A DNA stretch of 32,000 bases from an uncultured archaeon. GTDB lineage: Archaea > Iainarchaeota > Iainarchaeia > Iainarchaeales > JAAZKV01. A model generated the notes under the pieces. The model had not been told where the DNA came from and did not search any database. It saw only the letters and a list, made by a program, of their open reading frames with translations. The first letter of the stretch is position 1. Every line of letters starts with the position of its first letter. Where the stretch lies: NCBI GenBank assembly GCA_964551375.1, contig CAZKBG010000001.1, positions 180,001 through 212,000 on the forward strand. The letters run 5' to 3'. Below are positions 1 through 7,805 of the stretch, piece after piece. A program made the position numbers and the translations under genes.

Positions 1-320
1 ATAACTTCCTGTTCGCGCATCTCAACCGCTGGAATATTAACCGCAGTAACTAAATGCCCTTTAGCATAATCAGCTGAAGCGCGCAAGTCAACAACAAGCC
101 CGTCTACTTTTCCGTTTTTGTAGTCATAAACAAAATCGGCCGGGCTGATGCTCACTAATGATTCAGAAGTATAAAATTCTTCATAAATAGCAGCTTCGCT
201 TTTTGGAATAAAACTAATAACTGCCGCTGAGACAATTGCGCCAATAAATGCGCTTATTATAACGCAAATAATCAGCGTTTTGTAATCAAATTTCTTTGTT
301 TTATTTTCATTTTTGCTCAT
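1..320 (-). CDS. Rhodanese-domain protein with N-terminal membrane anchor (C-terminal part cut by window edge)
   Basis: Absent from the ORF track because it runs off the left edge. Reverse-strand ATG at 320-318 gives MSKNENKTKKFDYKTLIICVIISAFIGAIVSAAVISFIP (one TM helix). It continues GLVVDLRASADYAKGHLVTAVNIP, which fits the rhodanese D-x-R-x3-(D/E)Y-x2-GH-x3-A-x-N-(I/L)-P pattern. Confidence 0.55.
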   Translation of the reverse strand, partial: MSKNENKTKKFDYKTLIICVIISAFIGAIVSAAVISFIPKSEAAIYEEFYTSESLVSISPADFVYDYKNGKVDGLVVDLRASADYAKGHLVTAVNIPAVEMREQEV

Positions 321-467
321 AAGAATCAATAAGCTTTTTGGGCAAATTGCCTTTTATGTCTTTCTTTCAATTTGGAAACCAGTGTTTTCGAATTTCGTAA
401 AGAAATTAATATTTTGGGATAGTGGGCATAGCTTTAAATTCAAGACAACATTAATTTTATTTTTGAT

Positions 468-1757
468 ATGTTAATCACACAGCAGGCGAATGAGCTAAAT
501 AATATAATTAGTGGGTGTAATAAAACTGTTTTTGAGTTGCTTTCAAAAAAAGGAAAAGCAGCTTACTATCCAAAAGAAGGAATCTTAGCCCAATCAGCCG
601 CTGCAAAAGGGAAAAAAATTAATGCCACAATCGGGGTTGCAATTGAAGATGACGGCTCTCCGATGAGGCTTCCTGCAATTGCCGACAAAATTCTAATTGA
701 TCCAAAAGATGTTTTCTTATACGCTCCAAGCGAGGGGAAAAAACCATTAAGGGATGCTTGGAAGAGCGCAATGTTTGAAAAAAATCCTTCATTAAAAGAG
801 CCAATCAGCCTTCCAGTGGTAACTCATGCGCTAACCCATGGAGCAAGCATTGTCGGGCATTTGTTTTTGGATGAAAATGATTCAATTATTACGCCTGATT
901 TGTATTGGGGGAATTACAAACTAATTTTCACTAACGGATATGGAGCAAAAATTGAAACTTTTAACACTTTTCTTAATGGAAAATTTGACGTAAAAGCAAT
1001 GCAGGAAAAAATAATTGGAGGGGGAAAGAAAATTCTGCTTTTAAATTTCCCAAACAATCCAAGCGGATACACTCCAACAAAAACCGAAGCAAATGAAATA
1101 ATTAACACAATTAAAACCGCCGCTGAATCAGGAAGCAAAATAGCAGTAATTGTTGATGACGCTTATTTTGGATTATTTTTTGAAAATGATATTGAAAAAG
1201 AATCTCTCTTTTCAAGACTTGCGAATTTGCATGAGAATGTTCTTGCAATAAAGCTTGACGGGGCTACAAAAGAGCATTACGCGTGGGGATTAAGGGTTGG
1301 ATTTATCACTTACGGCTTCAAAGGCGCAACAAAAGAAGCTTACACCGCGCTTGAAGAAAAAACTTCAGGAGCAATAAGGGGAAGCATTTCAAACGCATCA
1401 AATTTATCAGAAAGCCTTGTGCTCTTGGCATTGACTTCTCAAACGCACAATTCTGAAAAGGAGCAGAAATTTAATATTTTAAAAGAAAGATACCAAAAAA
1501 TGAAAGAATTAATGAAACTGGAAAAATACAAGCCTGTTTTTGAATCTCTGCCTTTTAATTCAGGGTACTTTATGTGCATAAAGCCAAAGAATGCAAAAGC
1601 CGAAAACGTGCGCCTAAAATTACTGGAAAAATATGATACCGGAGTGATATCCACAAACGGACTGCTTAGAATTTCATTCTCAAGCGTTCCTGTGAAAAAC
1701 CTGCAAGAGCTTGTTGAAAATATTTATTTTGCTTGCTTGGAGTGTGAAAATAAATGA
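468..1757 (+). CDS. Class I/II PLP-dependent aminotransferase (aspartate-aminotransferase-like)
   Basis: 429-aa ORF. NFPNNPSGYTP matches the N-x-P-x-N-P-(T/S)-G motif. KLDGATKEHYAWGLRVGF resembles the PLP-lysine / G-x-R-x-G segment. Its stop overlaps the PEPCK start (ATGA at 1754-1757). Confidence 0.8.
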   Translation: MLITQQANELNNIISGCNKTVFELLSKKGKAAYYPKEGILAQSAAAKGKKINATIGVAIEDDGSPMRLPAIADKILIDPKDVFLYAPSEGKKPLRDAWKSAMFEKNPSLKEPISLPVVTHALTHGASIVGHLFLDENDSIITPDLYWGNYKLIFTNGYGAKIETFNTFLNGKFDVKAMQEKIIGGGKKILLLNFPNNPSGYTPTKTEANEIINTIKTAAESGSKIAVIVDDAYFGLFFENDIEKESLFSRLANLHENVLAIKLDGATKEHYAWGLRVGFITYGFKGATKEAYTALEEKTSGAIRGSISNASNLSESLVLLALTSQTHNSEKEQKFNILKERYQKMKELMKLEKYKPVFESLPFNSGYFMCIKPKNAKAENVRLKLLEKYDTGVISTNGLLRISFSSVPVKNLQELVENIYFACLECENK

Positions 1758-3661
1758 ATTATAAGGAGCTTTTGGATAAAAAAAGCGCTGAAAAACTTAG
1801 CGCGCTAAAAAATGAAAATGTGGAAAAAATAATTGCAAAATACGCGGAACTTTGCAAGCCAAAAGCAATTTATGTATTTGATGATTCAATAGAAGACAGC
1901 AAAATCATAAGAAAAATGGCGATAGAAAGAAAGGAAGAAACTGCTCTTGCAATGAATAATCACACTGTTCATTATGACGGCTACTTTGACCAGGGAAGAG
2001 ACTCGGCTAATACTAAAATTCTTCTAAAAAAAGGAACTCAAATAAGCAAAAAACTTAACACCGGCGACAGAGACGAATGCTTAACTGAAGTTTATTCAAT
2101 TCTTGACGGAATAATGAAAGGCAAAGAATTATTTGTGAAATTTTACTGCCTTGGCCCGCAGAGATCAAAATTCTCGCTTTGCGCAATGCAATTATCTGAT
2201 TCAGCATATGTGCTTCACAGCGAGGATATACTATACAGACAGGGGTATAATGAATTCAAACTGCTTAACGGAGGAAATAATTTCTTTTACTTTGTTCATT
2301 CAGCAGGGGAATTAACAAGCGCGGGCGTATCAAAAAATCTTGACAAAAGAAGAATCTATATAGACCTTGAAGGAAACAGAGTATATACAGTGAATAATCA
2401 ATACGCGGGAAACAGCGTGGGATTAAAGAAACTTGCATTAAGGCTTGCTATAAAAAAATCAAATGATGAAGACTGGCTTTGCGAACACATGTTTGTAATG
2501 GGAGCGCACAGGCCTGGAAAAGAAAGAACAACTTACTTTACTGGAGCATTCCCAAGCGCGTGCGGAAAAACCTCAACCGCAATGATTCCAGGACAGACCA
2601 TTATTGGTGACGATATTGCATATATTAGAATTGGAAATGACGGGCAAGCATACGCTGTTAATGTAGAACAGGGAATTTTTGGAATAATAGAAGATGTTAA
2701 TTCAACAGATGACCCTTTGATTTATCAGACGCTAACTTCGCCAAGAGAATTGATATTTTCAAATGTTTTAACAAACAAAGGCAAGCCGTACTGGCTTGGA
2801 ATGAAAAGCGAAACTCCAAAAGAAGGATACAATCACTCTGGCGAATGGACGCTTGGGAAAAAAGACAAGGATGGAAAAGATATTCCTATTGCTCATAAAA
2901 ATGCAAGATACACTATGCGAATTAAGGAGCTTCCAAATGCGGATCCCCACATGGATGACCCAAACGGAGTTCCAATTTCGGGCGTAATTTATGGAGGAAG
3001 AGATTCAGACACATCTCCTCCAGTTCTTGAATCATTCAGCTGGGCGCACGGCGTATTTATCGGAGCAGCAATAGAATCAGAAACTACTGCTGCAAAAGTT
3101 GGGGGAGTTTTAGGAACAAGAACCCACGACCCAATGGCAAATTTGGACTTTTTAGTAGTTCCACTTGGAACTTACATCAAGAACCATTATAAATTTGGAG
3201 AAAATCTTTCACGCCCTCCAAAAGTATTTACTACAAATTACTTCCTAAAAGAAAATGACAAATATTTGACTAACAAAATCGACAAAAAAGTGTGGCTTTA
3301 CTGGATGGAAGGAAGAATTCACGGCGATTATAAAGCAATTCCAACTCCAATAGGCTTATTGCCTTACTATGAAGATATAAAAGAAATTTATGCAGAAGTA
3401 TTCTCAAAAAACTTTACAAAGGAAGAATATGAACGATTGTTTTCAATAAGAGTGCATAAATTAATTGAAAGGCTTGAAAGGATAAAAACAATTTACGAAC
3501 AGGAGCTTGATATTCCCCAGGCATTTAAGCACCAGCTTGAACAGCAGAGGCACAGGCTTGAAGAGTCAAAGAAATGGTACAAAAAAGATGTTATCTCGCC
3601 GTTTGATTTCGTGTGCAATGATTTGGAAAAACCACCCGAAGGAAAATATTTAGCTCGTTGA
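1754..3661 (+). CDS. pckG: Phosphoenolpyruvate carboxykinase (GTP)
   Basis: 635-aa ORF. FTGAFPSACGKTS is the GTP-PEPCK kinase-1a P-loop, and IIGDDIAYIR and NARYT motifs are also present. Length is typical of archaeal/eukaryotic-type GTP-PEPCK. Confidence 0.9.
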   Translation: MNYKELLDKKSAEKLSALKNENVEKIIAKYAELCKPKAIYVFDDSIEDSKIIRKMAIERKEETALAMNNHTVHYDGYFDQGRDSANTKILLKKGTQISKKLNTGDRDECLTEVYSILDGIMKGKELFVKFYCLGPQRSKFSLCAMQLSDSAYVLHSEDILYRQGYNEFKLLNGGNNFFYFVHSAGELTSAGVSKNLDKRRIYIDLEGNRVYTVNNQYAGNSVGLKKLALRLAIKKSNDEDWLCEHMFVMGAHRPGKERTTYFTGAFPSACGKTSTAMIPGQTIIGDDIAYIRIGNDGQAYAVNVEQGIFGIIEDVNSTDDPLIYQTLTSPRELIFSNVLTNKGKPYWLGMKSETPKEGYNHSGEWTLGKKDKDGKDIPIAHKNARYTMRIKELPNADPHMDDPNGVPISGVIYGGRDSDTSPPVLESFSWAHGVFIGAAIESETTAAKVGGVLGTRTHDPMANLDFLVVPLGTYIKNHYKFGENLSRPPKVFTTNYFLKENDKYLTNKIDKKVWLYWMEGRIHGDYKAIPTPIGLLPYYEDIKEIYAEVFSKNFTKEEYERLFSIRVHKLIERLERIKTIYEQELDIPQAFKHQLEQQRHRLEESKKWYKKDVISPFDFVCNDLEKPPEGKYLAR

Positions 3662-3706
3662 GTGTGATTTGAATACAATTTTAAACCCCTAAATCTAAAT
3701 ATAATT

Positions 3707-4258
3707 GTGAATAAATTAAAACAAATTGCCTTTATCGCATTAGCAATTGCCATTTTTGCGGTTCTTTTCGGATGCATCACAATTAATCCAGCAGATCTTA
3801 ACACAACAGCGCAGTCCCAAAATAATTCTTCTAATGGAACTACAAACTCAAATTCAAGCTCAACTGCAAATTCAAATTTAGGAAGCAGTTCAGGAAATTT
3901 ATCAGGAGCATCTCTATTAAATTTAAGCGCAAGCGAAGTTGCAAAACACCATTCATCAAATGATTGCTGGATGATAATTGAAGGAAAAGTTTATGACTTA
4001 TCAGCTTATGTAGGGCATCCGGGAGGAAATATTTATGTTCAATACTGCGGAATTGACGGGACAACTGCTTACAATACGCTTGGCGGAAGAGGAAGAGACC
4101 ATTCAGCGGTCGCTGATTCTCAATTAGCTGGATTTTTAATAGGGGCATTTGGGCAGGATGTTAATATTTCGCAGGCAGTTGCCGAAGTAAGTCAAAATAA
4201 TGCAAATCAAATAACTTATCCTGGAATAGAAAGAGACGAAGAATTTGAAGATGACTAA
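3707..4258 (+). CDS. Secreted/lipobox-anchored cytochrome b5-like haem-binding domain protein
   Basis: GTG start. Signal peptide ends in a lipobox-like LFGC. An Asn/Ser-rich linker carries many N-x-S/T sequons. HHSSNDCWMIIEGKVYDLSAYVGHPGG...GRDHS matches the cytochrome b5 family pattern (W-x-(I/V)-x-G-x-VYD-x5-6-HPGG, with a second His in HS). Confidence 0.7.
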   Translation: MNKLKQIAFIALAIAIFAVLFGCITINPADLNTTAQSQNNSSNGTTNSNSSSTANSNLGSSSGNLSGASLLNLSASEVAKHHSSNDCWMIIEGKVYDLSAYVGHPGGNIYVQYCGIDGTTAYNTLGGRGRDHSAVADSQLAGFLIGAFGQDVNISQAVAEVSQNNANQITYPGIERDEEFEDD

Positions 4259-4284
4259 GTTTTGAAAATGAGTAGGTGAACTAA

Positions 4285-4905
4285 ATGGATATTGTAAAAA
4301 AGATGTGGATTACTCTTGCAGTTTTGATGATTCTTTTTGAGCTTTATTATTCCTTATTTCCTATTCCTGCCTCGACTGAAGCAATAAGATTTTTTGCAGT
4401 AAGCGGATTTCTTCTTTTGTGCGTTTCGCTTATTATAGGCCCTCTTGTGACATTTTTCCCAAAGAAATTTGCCCCGCTTCTTAAAGAAAGAAGAGCAGTG
4501 GGAGTAATTGCATTTATTTTAATTTTAGCACACTTTGCGCTTGTTTTTGCATTGGCTTATAACTACAATCTGGTATTTTTATTTTCGATTTTCTCAATTG
4601 TAATTGCAGTTCCTGCAATGATAATTTTATTCCTGCTGGCATGCACTTCATTTGACAAAGCAATTCGAAAAATGGGATTTTCAAAATGGAAACTGCTGCA
4701 AAGGTTCAACTATATCGCATTTATACTTTCATTTGTTCACTTTGTGCTGAATTTAAACGGATACTTTGTTCTTCTCCCTTCGGGGCTTGTGTTTGTAAAT
4801 ATTGCGGAAGTGCTGCTAATAATTCTGGGAGTTATAACAATAATCCTTCAAATAGCGGGGTTTTTCAAAAAAAGACAGCAAATCAATCAGTCAAAATCAA
4901 ATTAG
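4285..4905 (+). CDS. Ferric-reductase-like transmembrane domain protein (MsrQ/YedZ-like, about 6 TM)
   Basis: 206-aa polytopic ORF with a GGTGA Shine-Dalgarno 7 nt upstream. ERRAVGVIAFILILAHFALVF and LLACTSFDKAIRKMGFSKWKLLQRFNYIAFILSFVHFVL align by eye to MsrQ/FRD motifs (RR-x-LG...H and TS...W-x-x-LH-R-x-x-Y...H). One canonical His is replaced by Gln. Confidence 0.55.
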   Translation: MDIVKKMWITLAVLMILFELYYSLFPIPASTEAIRFFAVSGFLLLCVSLIIGPLVTFFPKKFAPLLKERRAVGVIAFILILAHFALVFALAYNYNLVFLFSIFSIVIAVPAMIILFLLACTSFDKAIRKMGFSKWKLLQRFNYIAFILSFVHFVLNLNGYFVLLPSGLVFVNIAEVLLIILGVITIILQIAGFFKKRQQINQSKSN

Positions 4906-4995
4906 TAATATCCTCAAAATAACCCTTTTTAACACTTTTTTTTGGCTAAAATCTGGTTTATAATCCCTTATTTTTGTTTATTATTTGGTAATTAT

Positions 4996-5283
4996 ATGGT
5001 TGGACCGCAGAGAAAGCAAAGAAAGCCAAAAGTAGTTCATCAAAGCGGAACCGCATACAAAATGCATTTTGAGGAAAAAAACAGGGAAGAATTTAAAACA
5101 ATTTCAAAAATTGTTCCAGGAACAGGCACAAGAAAAAAGCCCTTATTGCTTGAAGGAAAATCCGTAGTAAATCAAACAGAGGATTCATTTATAAAAAAAA
5201 CAAATAAAAGAATCGGGATTGATTTGGAAAACTCTGAAAAGAACTCCGAAAAGAAAGCCGACTCCGAAAAGAAAAACGAGTGA
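4996..5283 (+). CDS. Hypothetical small basic protein with Lys/Glu/Ser-rich tail
   Basis: The ORF track starts at TTG 4942. I prefer the in-frame ATG at 4996 (MVGPQRKQRKPK...). I recognise no family. The C-terminus is low complexity (SEKNSEKKADSEKKNE). Confidence 0.3.
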   Translation: MVGPQRKQRKPKVVHQSGTAYKMHFEEKNREEFKTISKIVPGTGTRKKPLLLEGKSVVNQTEDSFIKKTNKRIGIDLENSEKNSEKKADSEKKNE

Positions 5284-5341
5284 TTATTTTTAAAAAAAAT
5301 TGTCTTTAACAAAATTATTTTTAATAAACTGGTGAACAAAA

Positions 5342-5881
5342 ATGGCAAAAATTAATGTGAAAGGATTTGAGTTTGACTTGGTTTTGGCGACTAATTCATT
5401 TGACAGAAGAGCGCTTCAATACAAGAACAAAATAGTAACCTCGCTTGAAAAACTTGGAATAACAAGGGATGATATTGAATTTGAATATGAAGGGCCTGCT
5501 GTAAAATCTGCAAAAGCCGAAGTCGCATGGTACGGCGGGGGGCATTACATGCACTATGACAACAATTCCCAGACAAAATATGTTGATAATTTATACGTTG
5601 TCTATAAAGTAATAGAACGCGAAGTCGAGCTTGTCGTTTCTGAAAAAAAGCCCGTTAACGAATTCATTGATGAGTTCAAGCATGATGAAGAGCTTGTTGA
5701 AAAGAGAAAAGCTGCAAGGGAATTCTTCGGTTTATCCCCTACTGAAAGGGATATGGATTTGATTACTAAAAAATACAAGGAAATGGCTAAAGAACTTCAC
5801 CCTGATATGCCCACAGGAGATACTGAAAAGTTCAAGCAATTAAACAACGCGCATAAAGTGTTAAAGAAAGAATTAATGTGA
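5342..5881 (+). CDS. J-domain (DnaJ-like) protein with uncharacterised N-terminal domain
   Basis: C-terminal 45 aa are DMDLITKKYKEMAKELHPDMPTGDTEKFKQLNNAHKVLKKEL. They contain the HPD tripeptide and flanking helices of a J domain. The N-terminal roughly 130 aa are not recognised. Confidence 0.7.
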   Translation: MAKINVKGFEFDLVLATNSFDRRALQYKNKIVTSLEKLGITRDDIEFEYEGPAVKSAKAEVAWYGGGHYMHYDNNSQTKYVDNLYVVYKVIEREVELVVSEKKPVNEFIDEFKHDEELVEKRKAAREFFGLSPTERDMDLITKKYKEMAKELHPDMPTGDTEKFKQLNNAHKVLKKELM

Positions 5882-5910
5882 ATAGAAATTATTTTAATTT
5901 AGCCTGCGAG

Positions 5911-7800
5911 TTATTTTGTTTTTTCTTTGACAAGCTCTTTTAGAAGCTTTTTGAGGCTTATTGTCGCGGCATTAATTACTCTGTCAGCTCCGCCGTAATA
6001 GATTGTCAATTCATCATCTCTTAGCGTGCTTCCGCAAGGGAAAACAACATTATGAACAATTCCGTTTAACTCGTCTTGCGTTTCAGGCTCAAGAATGTAA
6101 TAACTCAATCTTGAAATAACTTTAGTCGGGTCGTTTAAGTCAAGAAGAGCCGCTCCCACTCTATAGACAAAATCATGGCTTGAAATTCCGTGATAAATTA
6201 AAAGCCATCCCTTATCGGTTTTAATAGGAGGGCATGAAGCGCCTATTTTCTTATCATCCCATGCGTTTTCTCGCGGAAGCATTAAAACATTTAAGTCAAG
6301 CTTTTTGTTTTTGAACAAAAGATCCTTTTCTTTTGAAATGCAAATCGAGTTATTCACGCGGTGAATAATATAATAATGCCCGTTAATGTGCTCTGGAAAA
6401 ATGCATGCATCCTTATCATCAACGCCTTCTGGAGAAATTACCACAGGATAAGTCCACTTCCAATACTTATTCACAAAATCTTTTGCCCGAATTGAAGTAA
6501 TTGCAACTCTTGGAAGCTTTCCATCATAAGCTGTGTAAAGCATGTAAATTGTTCTTGTGCTTCCAATTTGAACAAGCCTTGGGTCTTCGCAGCCCATTTC
6601 CTCAAATTTAGCGCGCGGAACATAAACAGGTTCTTTTAATTTTTCTACGGTAAAATCATCCCTAACCTGCGCATATCCAAGCACTGATTTATCAGTATCA
6701 GAAAGCGCCCTGTAAATTAAATGCGTTTTTCCGTCAATTAATAATGAAGCAGGGTTAAAGGTAGCTTTTTTTTCCCATGGATTATTTGGATTTGGCGTAA
6801 TAAGAGGGTTTTGTTTTATCCGCTTAAACTGCGCAAATCCTGGGCGAAGAATTGCGTCAAGAAGGTCATTGAGCTTGCATGTCGCAAGGCAGGAAGTGGT
6901 GTCTGCTGCGCCGTAGTAAACATAAAGTTTATCGCCCTTAACCATTGCCCCCGAAGGAAAAACAATATTTGGCACTTGCCCATAAAGCTCATACTCTTTT
7001 TTTGGAACCAAGAGAGGAAATTTAGTATATCCAAGAACTTTTTGCGGGTCATCTAAATCAAGCAATGCGGCTTCAACCCTAAATTCTTTTGAGTTGGAAA
7101 AATATCCTTTAATATAAGAATAAAAAATAAGCCATCCTTTGTCAGTTCTAATCGGCTGGGAGCCAAGCTCCACCTGATCATCAGGGCTTCTTTGAAGGGG
7201 AAGAACAAAATCATTAACAGAGAAAAAATAATTGTTCCAAAAAGTATCCGACCAAATCTGGCTCTCTTTGTCAAAATAAGCAATGCAGATTTTTGCAGGA
7301 GGGGCATCAGTGTTTATTGTAACAAGCGCCGCCATTTTTCCGTTAACTTTATCAGAAAAAAGCGCCATTGCTTTTGAATTAAAAGTAGTCACTGGGTGTT
7401 TTTCAAATTTCTTAAAATCTTGCGTTACCGCAACCCCCACTTTTATGCCCTGCGCTGAAAAAGGATATGTTGAAAGCGCTGTGTAAAAAATATAGTATTT
7501 ATCATTAAATTTTGTAATCCTTGGATCTTCACAGCCGTATTTCTCCCAGTCAAATTCAGGAGCAATTATTTGGCGGTGGGTTGCAAAATGAACTCCATCA
7601 ATGCTTTCGCTTAATCCAATGGTTGAAACAGTGGAAGGATAATTTTGAAGAATTCGCGAGCGCCCAATTGCTCTGTAAACCAAATTAATCCTGTCTTCAA
7701 AAACCGCAGGGCATGCGTTAAAAGTGGCTTCGCTTTCCCACTCAACATCAGGGTCAGGCATTATTAACGGATTACGCGGGGAACGCTCAAGCATTATCAT
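5911..7800 (-). CDS. Tandem two-domain GH130 family protein (beta-mannoside phosphorylase-like, PH1107-related)
   Basis: Two complete GH130-like modules are present. The first has RNPLIMPDPDVEWESEATFN...GCEDPRITK...YYGAAD. The second has QNPLITPNPNNPWEKKATFN...GCEDPRLV...YYGGAD. The ORF track starts at GTG 7809. I prefer ATG 7800 because a perfect AAGGTGAT Shine-Dalgarno lies 5 nt upstream, inside the end of the preceding gene. Confidence 0.8.
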   Translation of the reverse strand: MIMLERSPRNPLIMPDPDVEWESEATFNACPAVFEDRINLVYRAIGRSRILQNYPSTVSTIGLSESIDGVHFATHRQIIAPEFDWEKYGCEDPRITKFNDKYYIFYTALSTYPFSAQGIKVGVAVTQDFKKFEKHPVTTFNSKAMALFSDKVNGKMAALVTINTDAPPAKICIAYFDKESQIWSDTFWNNYFFSVNDFVLPLQRSPDDQVELGSQPIRTDKGWLIFYSYIKGYFSNSKEFRVEAALLDLDDPQKVLGYTKFPLLVPKKEYELYGQVPNIVFPSGAMVKGDKLYVYYGAADTTSCLATCKLNDLLDAILRPGFAQFKRIKQNPLITPNPNNPWEKKATFNPASLLIDGKTHLIYRALSDTDKSVLGYAQVRDDFTVEKLKEPVYVPRAKFEEMGCEDPRLVQIGSTRTIYMLYTAYDGKLPRVAITSIRAKDFVNKYWKWTYPVVISPEGVDDKDACIFPEHINGHYYIIHRVNNSICISKEKDLLFKNKKLDLNVLMLPRENAWDDKKIGASCPPIKTDKGWLLIYHGISSHDFVYRVGAALLDLNDPTKVISRLSYYILEPETQDELNGIVHNVVFPCGSTLRDDELTIYYGGADRVINAATISLKKLLKELVKEKTK

Positions 7801-7805
7801 AAAAA

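Noticed and set aside
4686-4922. 78-aa alternative-frame ORF inside the MsrQ-like gene
   Set aside because: It overlaps the 3' third of a coherent 6-TM ORF in another frame. It has no independent ribosome-binding site and a Cys-rich nonsense-like sequence.
5220-5283. Short imperfect tandem repeats (ACTC(T/C)GAAAAGAA...) at the 3' end of ORF 4996-5283
   Set aside because: This is just the coding sequence of a low-complexity Ser-Glu-Lys-Lys tail, not a structured repeat or CRISPR-like array.
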